Shown: positions 1 through 12,766 of the stretch, one piece after another
Layout of the letters: the number at the start of each line of letters is the position of its first letter
Numbering within the stretch: position 1 is the first letter of the stretch
Assembly (NCBI GenBank): GCA_965178125.1
Contig: OZ237741.1
Span: forward strand, 248,001-312,000
DNA from: Bilabrum cf. latius
Lineage: Eukaryota
Length of the DNA: 64,000 bases
Direction: 5' to 3'
The notes under the pieces: model-generated
Told to the model about the DNA's origin: nothing
The model's input: the letters and a program-made list of their open reading frames with translations, nothing else
Database searches by the model: none
Program-made: the position numbers and the translations under genes

Positions 1-3000
1 CCTCCACTTCCACCTCCGCCCCTCCCTCCGGCAGCACCACCGCGAGCTCCGCGGCGGCCCTGCCCACCAGCAGCGGGAGCCGCAGGTCGCGGCGTGGCTG
101 CATCGCCTGCAGCCCCCAGCTCCACAGCGCCTTTGGCAGCGCCACCACCGGCCCCTGGGGCAGCTGCAGACGCGCCGCTCGCGGCAGAGTCACCGTCGAT
201 GGCGAGCCCGCCAGAGGACTCGTCGGCTGCTTCCTTCAGGGCGGCCAGCTCCTCCTCCGCGGGCTCCTCGTCGGCCTCCAGGTCAATCACCGCAGGAAGG
301 CAGAGCAGGACAGGCGCCTGGCCGCCGCCCGCAGTCGAAGCACCAGACTTGCCCTTGGCCCCGCCGGTCAGCGTGACCCTCGGCCCCCCCTCGCTCTCCG
401 CGATGGTGGCACCCGACCGCACCGCGGCGGCAAACCCGCCCGTCGGCGCCGGAGCCTTGCCGTGCGGCTTCCTCCCGCCCTTGCCTCTGCCGGCCCTCCG
501 GCCTGCCCCACCCCGGGCCTGGCCTCCTGCATCGTCAGCACCCGCCGCAGGCGGAACACCCCCGCTGTGAGTTACAGAGTCCCGGGCCGCCGTCAGGGGG
601 AGCAGCGAGTGCCAGGGAACAAGAACTGGCTTGGGACCGGTCGCGCCGGGGATGGCCAGCCCGCCGGCCCCGGGAGACGCCGCCCCGCCGCTTTCCTCGG
701 CCGAAGCCACGGCCTGCCCGTCGAACAGCACCTCCACGTACTTGCTCTCGGCGTGGACCGCGGTGACGATGCCTCGCTCGCCCAGCGGCCTGGCCCTGTA
801 GGCCAGGTTGGTGACCCGGTCTCCGAGCTGGGGCCCGTCGGCCCACCACCGAGCCGCGCCCTGCGCCTTGCGGCGGCCGTCGGCCACACCATCACCACCG
901 CCGATGTTCCCCACGGATCGCATCTCATCCCCCGCCTCGCGCCCGTACACGCCTTCCGGTGGCACGCCCTTGAGTACCATCCTGCCGGACACGGGCAGGG
1001 CACCGCCGGCGCCCGACTTGCCCTGGGCCCTGAGCTTCCCTCGCACGGATTCGGCGGCCGCCTGCGCCTTTGCCAGCATCAGGACGGCCTTGGGGGCCAG
1101 CACCTCGGACGATGCCCTGGCGAGGGGCATCTTGAAGGTGACCAGCTGCGTCAGCCAGTCCTGCGCCGCGACCATCACGCTGCCGCCGCCCATGTCCCTG
1201 ACGCCAAGCCGCCCGCGGCCCCCCGTGCGCTCGGCCAGGTCCCTGATCGAGGGGAAGGTGTTCGCGTATGCCTCCACAAGGTCGATAGCCCGCTGCGAGT
1301 ACTGCCAGCGGGTGCCTCCGTCTGGGCACTAAGAGCCGCCGTCAGACCAGTCCGGATGGAACGGCGTGCCGTTGTACATGACGGGACGGGCGTAGCCCGG
1401 AAGGAACAAGTAGTGGTTGATCTTGTGCTCCTCTTCTTCGTCGCCGCCGCGCGCCCCGTGTCCCTTGCCCCCGTGGTGCCCTCGGTGGTCCCTGCCCCCG
1501 TGGTGCCCTCGGTGGTCCCTGTCACCGCCGGTGAAGTCTTCTCTCTTGTACACCACTAGGTTCAGCCCGGCGTCGATCTTTGCATCTCCGATCCAGATGC
1601 TGCCCGACATGGCCATAAAGGCCTTCTCCGACAGACCAACCATCTTGGCTGCCACGCGCATGTCAAAGTACTGCTCGGCAAAGTGCTTCACCTGCTGCCT
1701 GCCAAACTCGGGCTCGGCGCCCGCAGCACCGACAAGGGCAACATCGAGGCCCTCCCTCGGCGCGGAAGGATCGGAAGCGGCGGGCCCGGTCTCCTGTACG
1801 GGCGAGTAGCCCACCACAACTCCGTGCGCACCTGCGAGCCTGTCCGGGGCCAGCTTGCTGAACCCCGCGCGCGCGAGCTTCTCGCTCTTGTGCCCCTCAG
1901 GACGGAGGGTCCCGCTGGTAACCTGCACGGGCCGCAACAGCACAACCCTGGACCCGACAGGCAGTCGCTGCTTGAGGGCCTTCCCCTCTGCCTCGGCAAA
2001 CGTGGTGTCCGGGTGTGGGTGACCGGCGAACACGAGCTGCGCGGCCTCCTCCTCCTCGCCGTCGCTGCCCGCCGCCGCAAACACGCGGGTGAGCGTGCCG
2101 GTCCTCGGATCCCGCCTCATGCCCACCAGCTTCCGCACCGTGATGATCAGGCTCACGCCGCCGATCCACACGCCGCACCGCGCGAGAAGGTTGTCCTCGC
2201 TGCCTGTGAGCAGCACCTGGGACTTGTCCGCCGCGCGGGAGAAGAAGCGAACCTTCTCCGAGTGGTCCAGCTGCCTACGGCGAGGCGGCCGCGTGGCGCC
2301 CTCAAACGTGATCTCCGTCTTGCCGTCGGACAGTCCCACGCACATGGCGGGAGCCAGGAACGGCCAGCCGGTGTACACCACAGTACCGAGCAGCGGCACG
2401 GCCTGCTCCGCCGTGGCGGACCCCGCGTTGGCACCGAGGGCGGCTCGGAGCTGCGACGCCCCCTGGTACACCAGGTCGTCCCCAGGTGTGGGTGACCCTG
2501 CCGCGATCTTCCTTAGACCCTCCACGGAGTGCGGCACCGTGCCCGGCAGGTAGCCGCCCAGGAGCGACGGCATGTGCAGGGGGGCCAGCTGCTTGACCTT
2601 TACCTTGCCCTTGGCCGCGGCGCCGCTCCTCCTGGCCTCGTCCTCTGCCTCTTTCCTCTCCTGCAGCAGCATCACGCCAGGCTCGACGTACCCGCCCTGG
2701 CTCGCCTCCTCGTGCAGAGCGTGCTTGCCCATCCCCTGGATCAAACCGAGCATCCGCGACTGGTCGTGCCAGGCCTTGGAGGCCTTGGGTGCCGCGTCAT
2801 GGAGGAGGCGGTTGGCCTCGGGCGTTCTTCCCTGGTCGCTGGCAAAGAGGAGGACCGAGGGCTTCCTGCTTCGGAACGCAACAGTGACCACCTGTGCCTC
2901 AGCCTGCACTGGGGACAGGGGCAGCGTGTGCAGCGTTGGGAACCCGGGAGCGGGGATCTGCGCGCCTTGGCATGGCACGGGCACGAAACCATCGGGGGGC

Positions 3001-6000
3001 AGCTCTGGATTTCTCCAGACCTGCTCCACCGAGTGCTTGCCCAGCAGCGACGGCCAGACGCCCGGCATGGTGGACGGCACCGGCTTGGCGTCGGGGATGG
3101 GCTTGTCCTGGTACTGCATCAGAATGTCCTCCCCGAAGGCGTTCCTGGCGCGCTCCTCCGGAGTGAGCGCGGAAGGGGGGCAGTACTTTTCCACAGCCGC
3201 CCGCATGGCGGTCTCGGGGAGGAAGGGGATGAGCGTGACCCCCTCCCACGGGTTCTTCTTGCCGTTCATATCCACGCGGATGTCTTTCATCAGCGGGAAC
3301 CACTGGGCCAGCGGTGAGGCGCGGTCCTCCATGAGCTTCTGGTAGCACTCGGGCAGGAAGTTGCTCGAGGCTGCGGGGAGGCAGCCCAGCAGCTGCATGA
3401 AGGGGTGGAACGGCCTCGCGTGGTCAAACGTGATCTCGAAGTCCCAGCCAGCCTCGAAGTACTCCTTGCTCCCGGGCAGCGAGTCGTGACCGCCGCCCGC
3501 GCCAGAGGAAGCGCCCTCCGACGCAGAGCCGCCGATCGCTGACAGGCCAGGCACAGGGGCGGCGTACCTGGACAGGTCAGCGAGGTCGCTCGTGAAGGGC
3601 GCGTAGTGGAATGGGAAGAACCAGCTCCAGGAGGGCACCCCTTGGTAGTAGTACAGCATGCACCACTGCAGGCTCTCGGCAAAGGACCGCCGCACAGCGT
3701 GGTGGACCCGCGCGTGCAGCGCAACCCTCATGTCGCACGTCACGCCGAACTTCTCCAGGTAGTACTTCTCCCTCGCGTTGAGGCGGCCCCACTGTGCCAG
3801 CCGACGGAGGACGGCCCCCACTGCCTGGTCCTCGGGCGAGTCGGCCTCGTTGAAGGCGAGGTCGGGCAGGGCGCCAGGCCCCGCCTAGAGGACACCGTCG
3901 GAGGGCACGCTGTTGGCGGGCACCTCGGTCTCGCCAGCCTTCTTGGCGGCGGACGTGTCTGCCGCGCGATCCGTCGCGTCGGCAACGGCGGGGTCAGCGG
4001 CGGGGAGGCCCTCGAGGAACTTGACGGCGGAGCCAGCGCCCACGGCTGAGGCGGCGCCCCCCATGACGCTGCCCTTGCCTGCAGCCTCGCCCCCACTCTC
4101 GCCCTCGCCCTCGTCCACCTTCCTGTCCTAGTCCTCGCCGCGCCCTGACCCGAGGCTGAGCTGCTTGCGGAGCTCCATCGCCCGGAGCACGGCAGCGTCG
4201 GCTGCACCAGCCCCCGAGCTAGGGCCATTCTCGGACTCGACACCCGTGGCAGCGGCCACGGCTGGATCTGCGGCGGCGTACGCCGCGAGCGCGGCCGCGG
4301 CCCCCGTCTTGGCCTTGGGCGCGCCGGTCCCCGTAGCAGCCTTGGCGGCGTTCATGAGCAGCACCTGCGGGTCCACCTCCGCGGTGTAGTCCTGGGTGCC
4401 CACCCGCGCGGGTCCGAATGCTTCCGAGCCGCCACCGTCCTCGTCATCGACGCTCTCAGAGCCGTCGCTGTCGCTTTCCGCGTCATCGGCGGCAGTGGCC
4501 CTCTCGCCCGCCCTCATGGCTCGTCCCTTGCCGTGCCTCCACCCGCCTGTCTGCAGCGCGGCGACCGCCCCCCTAGTGGCCGCATCACGGGCCAATTCCT
4601 CGGGATCGCCCGCCTTCTCCTTGTCCCTCGAGTCCTCGATCTTGCCCATGAGCCTGGCCTCTCTCTTCTGGTCGGACAGCTGCCTCCGCCTGAACTTCTC
4701 CATCTTCTTGTCCCTGGACTTGAAGATCGCCTCCTCCTGCTGCCCCACGTGCTGCAGGATGGGCTCTAGCCGACGGAAGTTGATCTTGCCCTTGTGGCAC
4801 AGGTAGCCCCCCAGGGTGGGCAGCAGACGCCGGTAGGCCTCCATGAGCTCGTCCATGGCGCCCTCTCCGATGTCGAGGGAGGGCAGGTGAGGGATGAAGT
4901 CGTTGCCGCACAGGCAGGTCAGCAGCACCCAGTCGTCGATCGCGCGCTCACCGTCCCATTCGAACGGCAGTGCCGCGGCGAGGTCTGCCGCGGCCTTTTC
5001 TGCAGCGGTGGCTGCTGCCTCTGTGTCCTCGTCGGAGGCAGCGCCGCCACTGGCTGCGGATGCTGCAGCGGCGGCCATGAGCTGCTACTGGCCCGCGACT
5101 ACCCTGGCCTGCTGTGCGGCGCGGTAGGCCGTGGGCATGAGGTCCATCTCGAGGTACTCCCTGAGGATGCCGATGTGCAGGCACTGCCACTTGGTTTTCT
5201 TGGTGGTGCGCTCGGTCTGCTTGGTGGGCAGCTTGGACCTGCCGAACGCCTTGAAGTCGATCTGCTCACGGAGCAGGCTGAAGTTGACCTCATGAGTCGC
5301 CAGGGCCAGCATGATGAGGTCGGCGTCGAGCCCCGCCATGCAGTGCGTCAGGTTGGGGTTGTACCCCGGCTTGCTCTTCATGGCTCTGATGTAGTTCATG
5401 ATCTTGTGCTCACCCTCCCCAGGCACCTCGTGTCCCGAGAAGATGACCTTGGGACCCTGCCAGGCCCGGTCCGTCTCGACCTTCTGCCTTAATAGGAATT
5501 TTAGGTGCTTTGACACCGTGGCCATGAACTCCGTCCCGGGAGTGATGCAGTTGCTGTCGAACACGTTGTCGTCCTCGTCGCCCATCCCCACTGCCTGCCC
5601 CTCCTCCTCGGCCTCCTTGCCCCCCGCCGCTCTCGTCTTGCGCATGGCTGCGGCGGCCTCGGCCTTCAGCTTGATCTGGTCGCGGGCGCTGCGGAACCGG
5701 CGGGACCTCTGCTGGTTCATCTTGGCCCTGGGAGCCACGCCGTCCACGGCGAGGTAGATGAGCTGCTTGGGGCGAGCGAGTCGGACCATCGTGTCGATCT
5801 GCGCCACGACCTTGGCGAGCACGACCTCGTCGCTGAGGCGGGTGCTCAGGCCATCGTTGCCGTGGGTGGCGTTGTGAATCAGTCCATTCATGTCAATATA
5901 CAGGCAATCAAACGCGGCAATGAGCGTGCTGTCCTGGATGGCTTGGTTGATGAGCGGGTACCGCTCGGCCAACCATCGGTAGAACTTTGGAACTCCCTGC

Positions 6001-6199
6001 GAGAAGCAGAAACGGAAAAATACATGAAACATACGATGAAGAACGATTGCCTCTCGCCGAGTGCCAGAGGTGCCACGAGAAGGGCTTTCGATTCTGAGCC
6101 AGTCAACGCGACGATCGGTGTACCAGGCAAACGCGGAGACGGGTCAGTGCCAGTTGATGCATGCAGCAACTAGTGTATAGGCTAGTTAAGACTAACCAT
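1..6199 (-). CDS. XRN1: 5'-3' exoribonuclease XRN1 (3' end runs off the window)
   Basis: Motifs (M)GVPKFYRWLAERYP, DCLYIDMNGLIH, AVDGVAPRAKMNQQRSRRF, FDSNCITPGT, PGEGEHKIM, GLDADLIML, GNDFIPHLP, YYYQGVPSWSWFFPFHYAP. The C-terminal WQYSQRAIDLVEAY..FP and LGDRV..RGIV..VEVLFD (SH3-like) segments lie beyond TAG 1329-1331. ATG 6199-6197, intron 6196-5997, in-frame TAGs at 5085, 4128, 3885 and 1329. Confidence 0.95.
1467..1520. repeat. 27-bp tandem duplication in XRN1 (RDHRGHHGG x2)
   Basis: gcccccgtggtgccctcggtggtccct occurs twice in tandem, in frame, within a His/Gly-rich insert. Confidence 0.85.
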
Positions 6200-6539
6200 G
6201 ACTTGGAGTTGTCTAGTTTCCGGAGATTTCCCTGCAACGGAAGTGGTTTGCTTGGTACAAGCTTCTGCAGTCCTATAAAGTAGAATAGGAAGAAAATCGG
6301 GTCAACTTGTTCCAATGATGTGCTTTATAACGATGGAAAATATCGGTACCACCTTACCTTGTACCAAGAAAACGGGGCAAAAAGTATGTAAGAAGCTTTC
6401 AAAACTGGCCGGAATCGCCGATCCGACCTCGATGGGTTCCGGTTTTCCATCGCGATGACGAGTGCGTTCCCTCCGGTTGGCGCAATTGGCCTTTATCTTG
6501 AATATTGACACACCTGCGCGCTGATTGCGCACTCCAACG

Positions 6540-8318
6540 ATGAGTGCATCATCTGCAGATCCAGGGGCACCGTCACCAGGCAAGGATGCAGCTGGTTCGG
6601 GCGCCCAAAGTGGAACGGCTGCCGCTGCCGAATCCGATCCCGCCCTGGCATTTTTGGACCTGCGGGGTCCCCATGAGCCATTGGATGGTGATCGCGCCAG
6701 AGAATTGGTGAAGTTCTCAGTGGAGCCGCGAAGGGAAGCCGGAACTTTGAAGTTTGTGAAGCGTGTGGCCTTGAGCGGGTGGGGGTTCGACGCGGACGCA
6801 GCCAAAGTTGTGGCGCACGAGCTGCAGTAGCTTCCCGGTCTGGAGCACGTAGAGTTTAGCGATGTCGGGTCTGGTCGGACAGATTCTGACAACATTGCGG
6901 TTTTCACGGTCCTCTCGGAAGCCCTCAGCCCAGCATCCCGCGCGAAGGCCCTGGGGTGCGAGCCTACGGACGAGCGAGCACAGCTCGTGAACATCGACAT
7001 ATCCGACAATGCGGTAGGAATCGGGGCAATCGAGCGGTGGAGGTCCCTGCTGAGCGGAAACCAGCGGCTGCAGCGCATATCGCTGAACAATTGCGGCCTC
7101 AGCGGGGTAGCCATGGAGGCCGTCAACAAAATCCTGCTGCGTCCCGCCGGCGAGACAGTGGCTGACGTGGCCGCCGGCACTGATGGAGACGGCGGTGAAT
7201 TCGCAAAGGCTGCGGACCCCGGGGCAGCGGCAGGGGGTGCGGGGGAGGCTGAGGCCGGGGCCAAGGAGGCGGTGCCAGCCAAGGTCAGGGACATGGGGGG
7301 GGTCGGGGTGCCCACCCGACTGCGGGCGGTGCAGCTGCACAACAACATGGGCGGGAACGACGGCGCCGAGGCGGCCGCTGCTCTGGTCCGGGCTTCTCCC
7401 GAGCTCCGCTTGTTCCGGTTTGCCTCCACGCGGGGCCGGTCGGAGGGCGGTGAGGAGCTGCTGTCCGCCGTGTCAGAGCTGCGGCATCTCGAGCACCTCG
7501 ACGTGTCGGACAACATGTTCAAGTCGGAGAAATGCAGGGAATCGCTGGTGAACATCGTGAAGGGGCCTTCTGCCGACAGCCTGAGGGTCCTAAAGCTGAG
7601 CGACCTGCAGATGGGAGACGCGACCGCCAAGCAGGTGCTGGAGGCTCTGCTGACCGGGGGCGAGGGCGGGGGTGCGTCGTGCCCGCGGCTGGAGGCGTTG
7701 TTCCTCGGTGGCAACGACATCACGGCGGGGGGAGGGGCCAGCAAGCTGCTGGTGCGAGCAGCGCGTGAGCTTCCCTAGCTTAGGCTGCTGTCGGTGCCCA
7801 ACAACGAGCTCGAGTGGGTGGTGGGCGGGCCCCTAGCGGATGCCATCCGGTCCAGGCCTGCGGGCAAGGAGCTAAGGGTGCTTGACGTGTCTGGAAATGG
7901 GCTTGGATCGGCATCCATCACTGAGGTGGCGTGCGCTCTGGCGTCTGGAGCTGCGGGTGCGGAGGCCGTGGCTGCCGCCAAGAAGGAGGAGGAGGCACTG
8001 TGGGCTGCCGGGGAGGCGGAGGGCGAGCCCGAGGGAGGCGAGTACAAGGCTGGGACCAAGAGCGCGCGCGCGATGACTACGAGGGAGAAGGACGAGGCCG
8101 AGCTGGATGTGTCTTCGGTGCGGTTCTCGCTGGACGACAACACGTGCTCTGAGAAGGCGCTCTGCATCGCGAGGAAGGCGATTGAGGGCGTGGCGGGAGG
8201 CAAAGTAGGAACCATCGAGCTGCTGGACCTGTTCGACGACGAGGAAGAGAACGAGGAAGAGCGCGAGAAGATTGCCGATAAGGACCAATGGGACGCGCTC
8301 ATGGTTGAAGACGAGTAA
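6540..8318 (+). CDS. RANGAP1: Ran GTPase-activating protein (LRR) with acidic tail
   Basis: VEFSDVGSGR, IDISDNAVG, LNNCGLS, LHNNMGGNDGA, FRFASTR, LDVSDNMF, LGGNDIT and NNEL follow the RanGAP LRR order. ORFs 6525, 6987 and 7794 join in one frame through TAG 6828 and 7776. Ends in TAA. Confidence 0.85.
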
Positions 8319-8509
8319 GGCAATGGTGCGCGCTTAGGTGCTAGCCAAGGGCTGCGTCGAGCTGCGTCGGGCTGGGTGGTTCCGCTCATCATCAGGTGCG
8401 CGGCAAGACAACGGATCGATGGCCGTGCAAGTCCGTGATAACCCCACGGAAATCCCTTGTTTTGTCTACTTTGATCCTAGTCACATATAAGTACTGATAG
8501 TAGCTACAC

Positions 8510-11230
8510 ATGGACGGCGATAGTGACGCGCTTCGGCTGCAAGCGCTGCGACTCGGCGCAGACTTGGGAGCGATTGCAGCGCGGCGGTTTGCGACAGAAC
8601 AGTCAAGGCGGAGCGTTGGTCTAGTCAGGGCAAACAAAGAACTCAAACAGAATTTGCACGAGGCTGGCGAGGATGGCGCGGGGGTCTATGCATATTTTCA
8701 GTAGAAGCTTGAGGAGTGTTTCCAGCGCATTGCTAGTCTCGAGTAGGAAAATGCTATGGTTCGAGCTGCAGCATCGTAGGCAGAAAAAGAAGCGGGGGAG
8801 CGTGAAACTGAAGCCAGGGCTGAAGCCGAGGCGGCCCTGGCCAAAGCACAGAAGGAATCGGAAGGTCTACAAGACGAGCTTGACAGACTGGTCGAGTTCA
8901 AGACTGCGCGCCAGCACCTGGAAGCCGAAGTCGAGAGGTTATCTACGGCCCTAGCTATGTCGGAGTAGTCAAGAAAAGACGACAACCAGGCAATGGAGCG
9001 AAGGGCAGTGTCTGAGAAAGAACGCCTTCGAGCAGAGACCCTCGACAGGCTTCGGCAGACAAAGGAGGCTATTTTGGCGAGCACAATCGAGTCTCTGGGG
9101 GATACAACTAAGCGAACTCTGGCAGAAAACGAAATGATGACCTCAGAGCTTGCGTTTTAGTCCCAGCAAGCCGAGCTACTCGTTTAGAAGAACGACAAGC
9201 TGGCCGCCGAGTGCAGCGAGCTGTAGCGCACTGTTCGCGAGCTCAGGGAAGAGGCAGCCGAAGGGGCGAGACAGAGGCATGCGCTCCGCAGAGCACTGCG
9301 GTCTTCGGTCACGCAGCTTAAGCAGCTGCGGATGCATCAGGCGAGAAAAGAGGTAGCCGCCAAGCGCGAGGCGAGCGAGCAAGTTGGAGAGGGTGAGCGA
9401 GCACCTCGCCGAGCAAGTGCTGCAAGCGAGGATGGGCGCGAGGCGGAAGGCAAAGGTGAACTAGAGGACACACTGGAGGTAGACATCGAAGCACAGGGCC
9501 GTACATCTGAAGGGGCGGGGGGCGGCAAGGAGCCAGAGACATTGTGCCAGGTTCCGCAACGCAGCGGCGGGATTGCGCGGCGCCCCGTGGCTTCCCCGCT
9601 GACTTCCCGAAGACGACCCGTGCAATCTCGTGGGCTCGCAGCGGGCTCTGGCGCGGCTGCAGGCAGCCCCAAGCCGCCCCCAGGCAGACCGCACATAGGC
9701 GGTGCTGGTGCTGGTGCTGGGGCATCCGGCGGCGCCGCGCTGCGGAACCTCAGCGTGCGCGCTCGCCTGAGGGTGCAAGCCGCCGAGCGGCGTGCAGTGG
9801 AGGCGGAGGCGCAAGCGGAGGAGGCCGTGGCCGCGGCCGACAGGGCAACTCGAGTGGCGGGGGCCACGCAGGGCTTGGTGGGCGAGGTCGTGCTGTCGCT
9901 GGGCACCGCGCTGCAGCGCCTGAAGGAGGGTAAAATCGAAGATCAAGGCAAGGATGGGGACGGCACGCGGGCTCCCGGGGAACAACAGTATAGGAGCGGC
10001 GGGGCTGGCTAGCTGGACGAGGCCCAGTCGCTGTGGATCCGGGGGGACGTGTCCACCGCAGTCGGCATGCTGCTGCGAGTGGCAAGGCAGGCATCTTTGC
10101 GGCTCCGGATGGCCATCGCCAAGGGCGATCTCGTTGTTCCCCCGCGGGAGGGCAGCCGGTCGCCTGAGGGTGGGAGGACGATGCAAGGCGTGGTCAGCGT
10201 GCCTTCGCTCATCACACTGCCAGACCCGCCGTCCGTGCTGGGCGGTCCAAGCGTGACGGACTCGATCGAGCCTGGAAGCGAAGGGGTGAACCAGACCCAG
10301 AACCAGAACCATGCTGGGTTCGCGACGGGAAGCGTGCCCCATGGCGCCCTCCAATCTCGCGAGCTGGAAGGGGCCAGCGTGCCTGATCTGGGCGTGCCCG
10401 GCGATGGCCTGGAGGGCGACCTGGAGGGCGGCGGTTCCGCATACTTGCGCGGCGCCGGTTCACCCCTGCAGGAGCCTTCGACGGCCACCAGTCCCTACCG
10501 CTCCCAGCTGTCCCTTGGGGCAGCGGCGGCGCCGGCGCCGGCGGCGGGGAGCACCGGGGCTGTAGCGTTGCTGTCTGGCGGGGCCAAGGGCTCCATGCAA
10601 GGCGCCGCGCAATCCAAGCAGCATGTTCCGCATAGGCAGTCTGAGGTTGCCATGGCAAAGGGCATCATCAGTGCCCATGGACATGGACATGGGTAGGGAG
10701 CTGGTGCGGGAGCGGGAGCTGGTGCGAGTGCAGGTGGGCTGGGTCCGCAGGGCAGCCTCAGCACCATCTTGCAGGCGCCAGGGGGGGCAGGTGCAGTCGG
10801 AATGTCTAGGTCTAGTAGGGGCAGGGGCAAGACAGGCAGAGTGGATGGGGAAGGGAGGTCTACTGGAACTCGAAGGGGTGTACATGGGGCGGCCAGCGGG
10901 CAGGCGTGGGATGGGGAACGTGGCGACGGAGGGCTAGCCGTCGGTGGCCAACAACTGGGTGGGATGGGGTCGCGCGGCGCCGGTTCTGCAGGCAGGAGGT
11001 CGGGGGCTTCCGCCGCTTCCAGCAGAGGAAGAGGGAGTGGGCTGGCGTCTGCGGGGCGGGAGTCCCTACGCGCGGGCGGTCGGTCGGCCGGTGCCTCTGC
11101 GGCGACTGGCAGTGGCATTGCAGGCCCTGGGGGAAGCAATGGCAGGGGAAGCGGGGCTAGCGGTAATCGAAGCGCATTTGGCCGTTCCTCTGGGGGTTCG
11201 GCGGCTGCGTCTCGAAGGGGAAGTGGGTAA
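8510..11230 (+). CDS. Coiled-coil protein, CFAP157-like N-terminal half, with a long Gly/Ser/Ala-rich tail
   Basis: One frame from ATG 8510 to TAA 11228-11230, with about 9 in-frame TAG and no TAA/TGA. The segment LGDTTKRTLAENEMMTSELAF*SQQAELL resembles CFAP157 (recalled, not searched). Confidence 0.65.
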
Positions 11231-11495
11231 GGTAAGGCCGGTCGGTGCCGGGGCAGGGGATGTTTCGGGTGGAAAACGAGGGGCTCAGATCCAGGGGGCA
11301 GGGCAGCCCGAGGGCTTGAGCGGAAGGGCAGAACGGTTTGTGCTGTTGTATGTTGTGCATATTGGGGTTCCATAGCGTTCCATCGCGATACGTGCAGCGT
11401 TCGTCACAAGTTGAGCCCAGCACGAGAACGCGGAGTATCCTTGGTCCGACGAAACGAGCCTGTCACAGATTTGCAAAGGCCTCGTGTTGCCAGTC

Positions 11496-12705
11496 ATGAT
11501 GCGGCGTTAGGCTGTCGGATTAAATAATGTACTGCGCAAGTCGTTCCATAGGATGCAATCGCGGTCCATCACGGTGCTGCGATCCGTAGAGGAAATGAGA
11601 TAGTATACACGGGCATAGGCCACCGGTGAAAAGCCTCGAATAGGGTTTGTACCAACGATGGGCGCGCTTCACGAGGGGCATATATCACTTATCAATGCAG
11701 TGAGTTCATGCATTTGTTGGGTTGGCCGTCATTCGCTGCGCACTCCTACAAGATGCACAGACAGACAGTTGCTTGTGTTGTTTCGATCAATCTCACCGCA
11801 GTCGAATAGAGAGTGCGCCTCGACCGTGTCAAGCGTGTTCGTTAATCCTGCTTAGTTTGCTCCTGGTGAAGACTTTGACGAATATCCTCGGCAGCTGGAG
11901 CGGGACGTTGAGCTGCTTCGGTAAGACGTCTCGAACCGCTGCCATCTTGCTTCCGAGGCGTGCGGCTTCACGCGTAGTAGACTTCCGCTCCACAAGCCTT
12001 TGCAGAGAGGCAGGCGCTAGCGCGGTGTTCGCCCCACCGGCATCGGAGATGTACCCCACGCACCCGCCAGCCCGAACCTACGTGGATCCCGCCGAGGCGG
12101 ACGAGGGCGCGGAGGGCCGCCGCCGGCCTGGCTTCTTTCGAGGCGTCGCGACGGTCGTCACAAAACTATTCAACGCCGTTCAGCCTGACCGCGCGTACTT
12201 TGGCCAGAAGGACGGGTACCAGTGCATCGTGGTGAAGTAGCTCTGCAGGGACCTGCTCCTGCCAGTGGATGTGCGGGTGCAGCCCACGGTACGGGAGGCA
12301 GACGGCCTGGCCATGTCGTCGAGAAACGCATACCTGAACAATGACCAGAGACTCGCCGCGCCTGCGCTGTACAAGGGTTTGCAACGCGTGAAGAGAGAGC
12401 TGGAGCAGGAGCTCGGTGAGGCGAGCACCGAGCACAGGAGCACTTGCTCGGTCGCGATAGGCAGCGAGCGGGGGGCCGCTCTGCTGGAATCGTTCCGGCA
12501 CGAAATCGAATCGGTAGGGGAGTTTGGAGAGATCGAATACCTCGACTGGGCCTGTGCTCTCACCGGCCGGCCAATCACAAGGCTTGGAGACTCGCTCGGC
12601 TCTGGAGGAGCAGTCCTGCTTAGCGCTGCGGTGCGCATGGGCAGCACTCGGCTCATCGACAACATAGTGGTGTTTGGGCAGCCAGAGGATCTCGGTGAGG
12701 GCTAA
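11496..12705 (+). CDS. panC: Pantoate--beta-alanine ligase (pantothenate synthetase)
   Basis: IGFVPTMGALHEGH, SVFVNPA*FAPGEDFDEYPR, EMYP, RPGFFRGVATVVTKLFN, AYFGQKD, READGLAMSSRNAYL, TRLIDN. Introns 11700-11801 and 11921-12005. TAGs at 11508, 11601, 11616, 11853 and 12238. Ends in TAA. An alternative start is ATG 11553. Confidence 0.93.
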
Positions 12706-12766
12706 AGTGGAAAGTATATCTGCGTGTTGAACAGCCATTGCTAGTGTTGTACCTGTAGACAGTGCC

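Noticed and set aside
94-5492. Long plus-strand ORFs opposite XRN1 (for example 462-1559), and similar antisense ORFs at 20230-21543, 28644-30332 and 55154-56308
   Set aside because: These are shadow ORFs expected opposite high-GC3 coding sequence, with no recognisable motifs.
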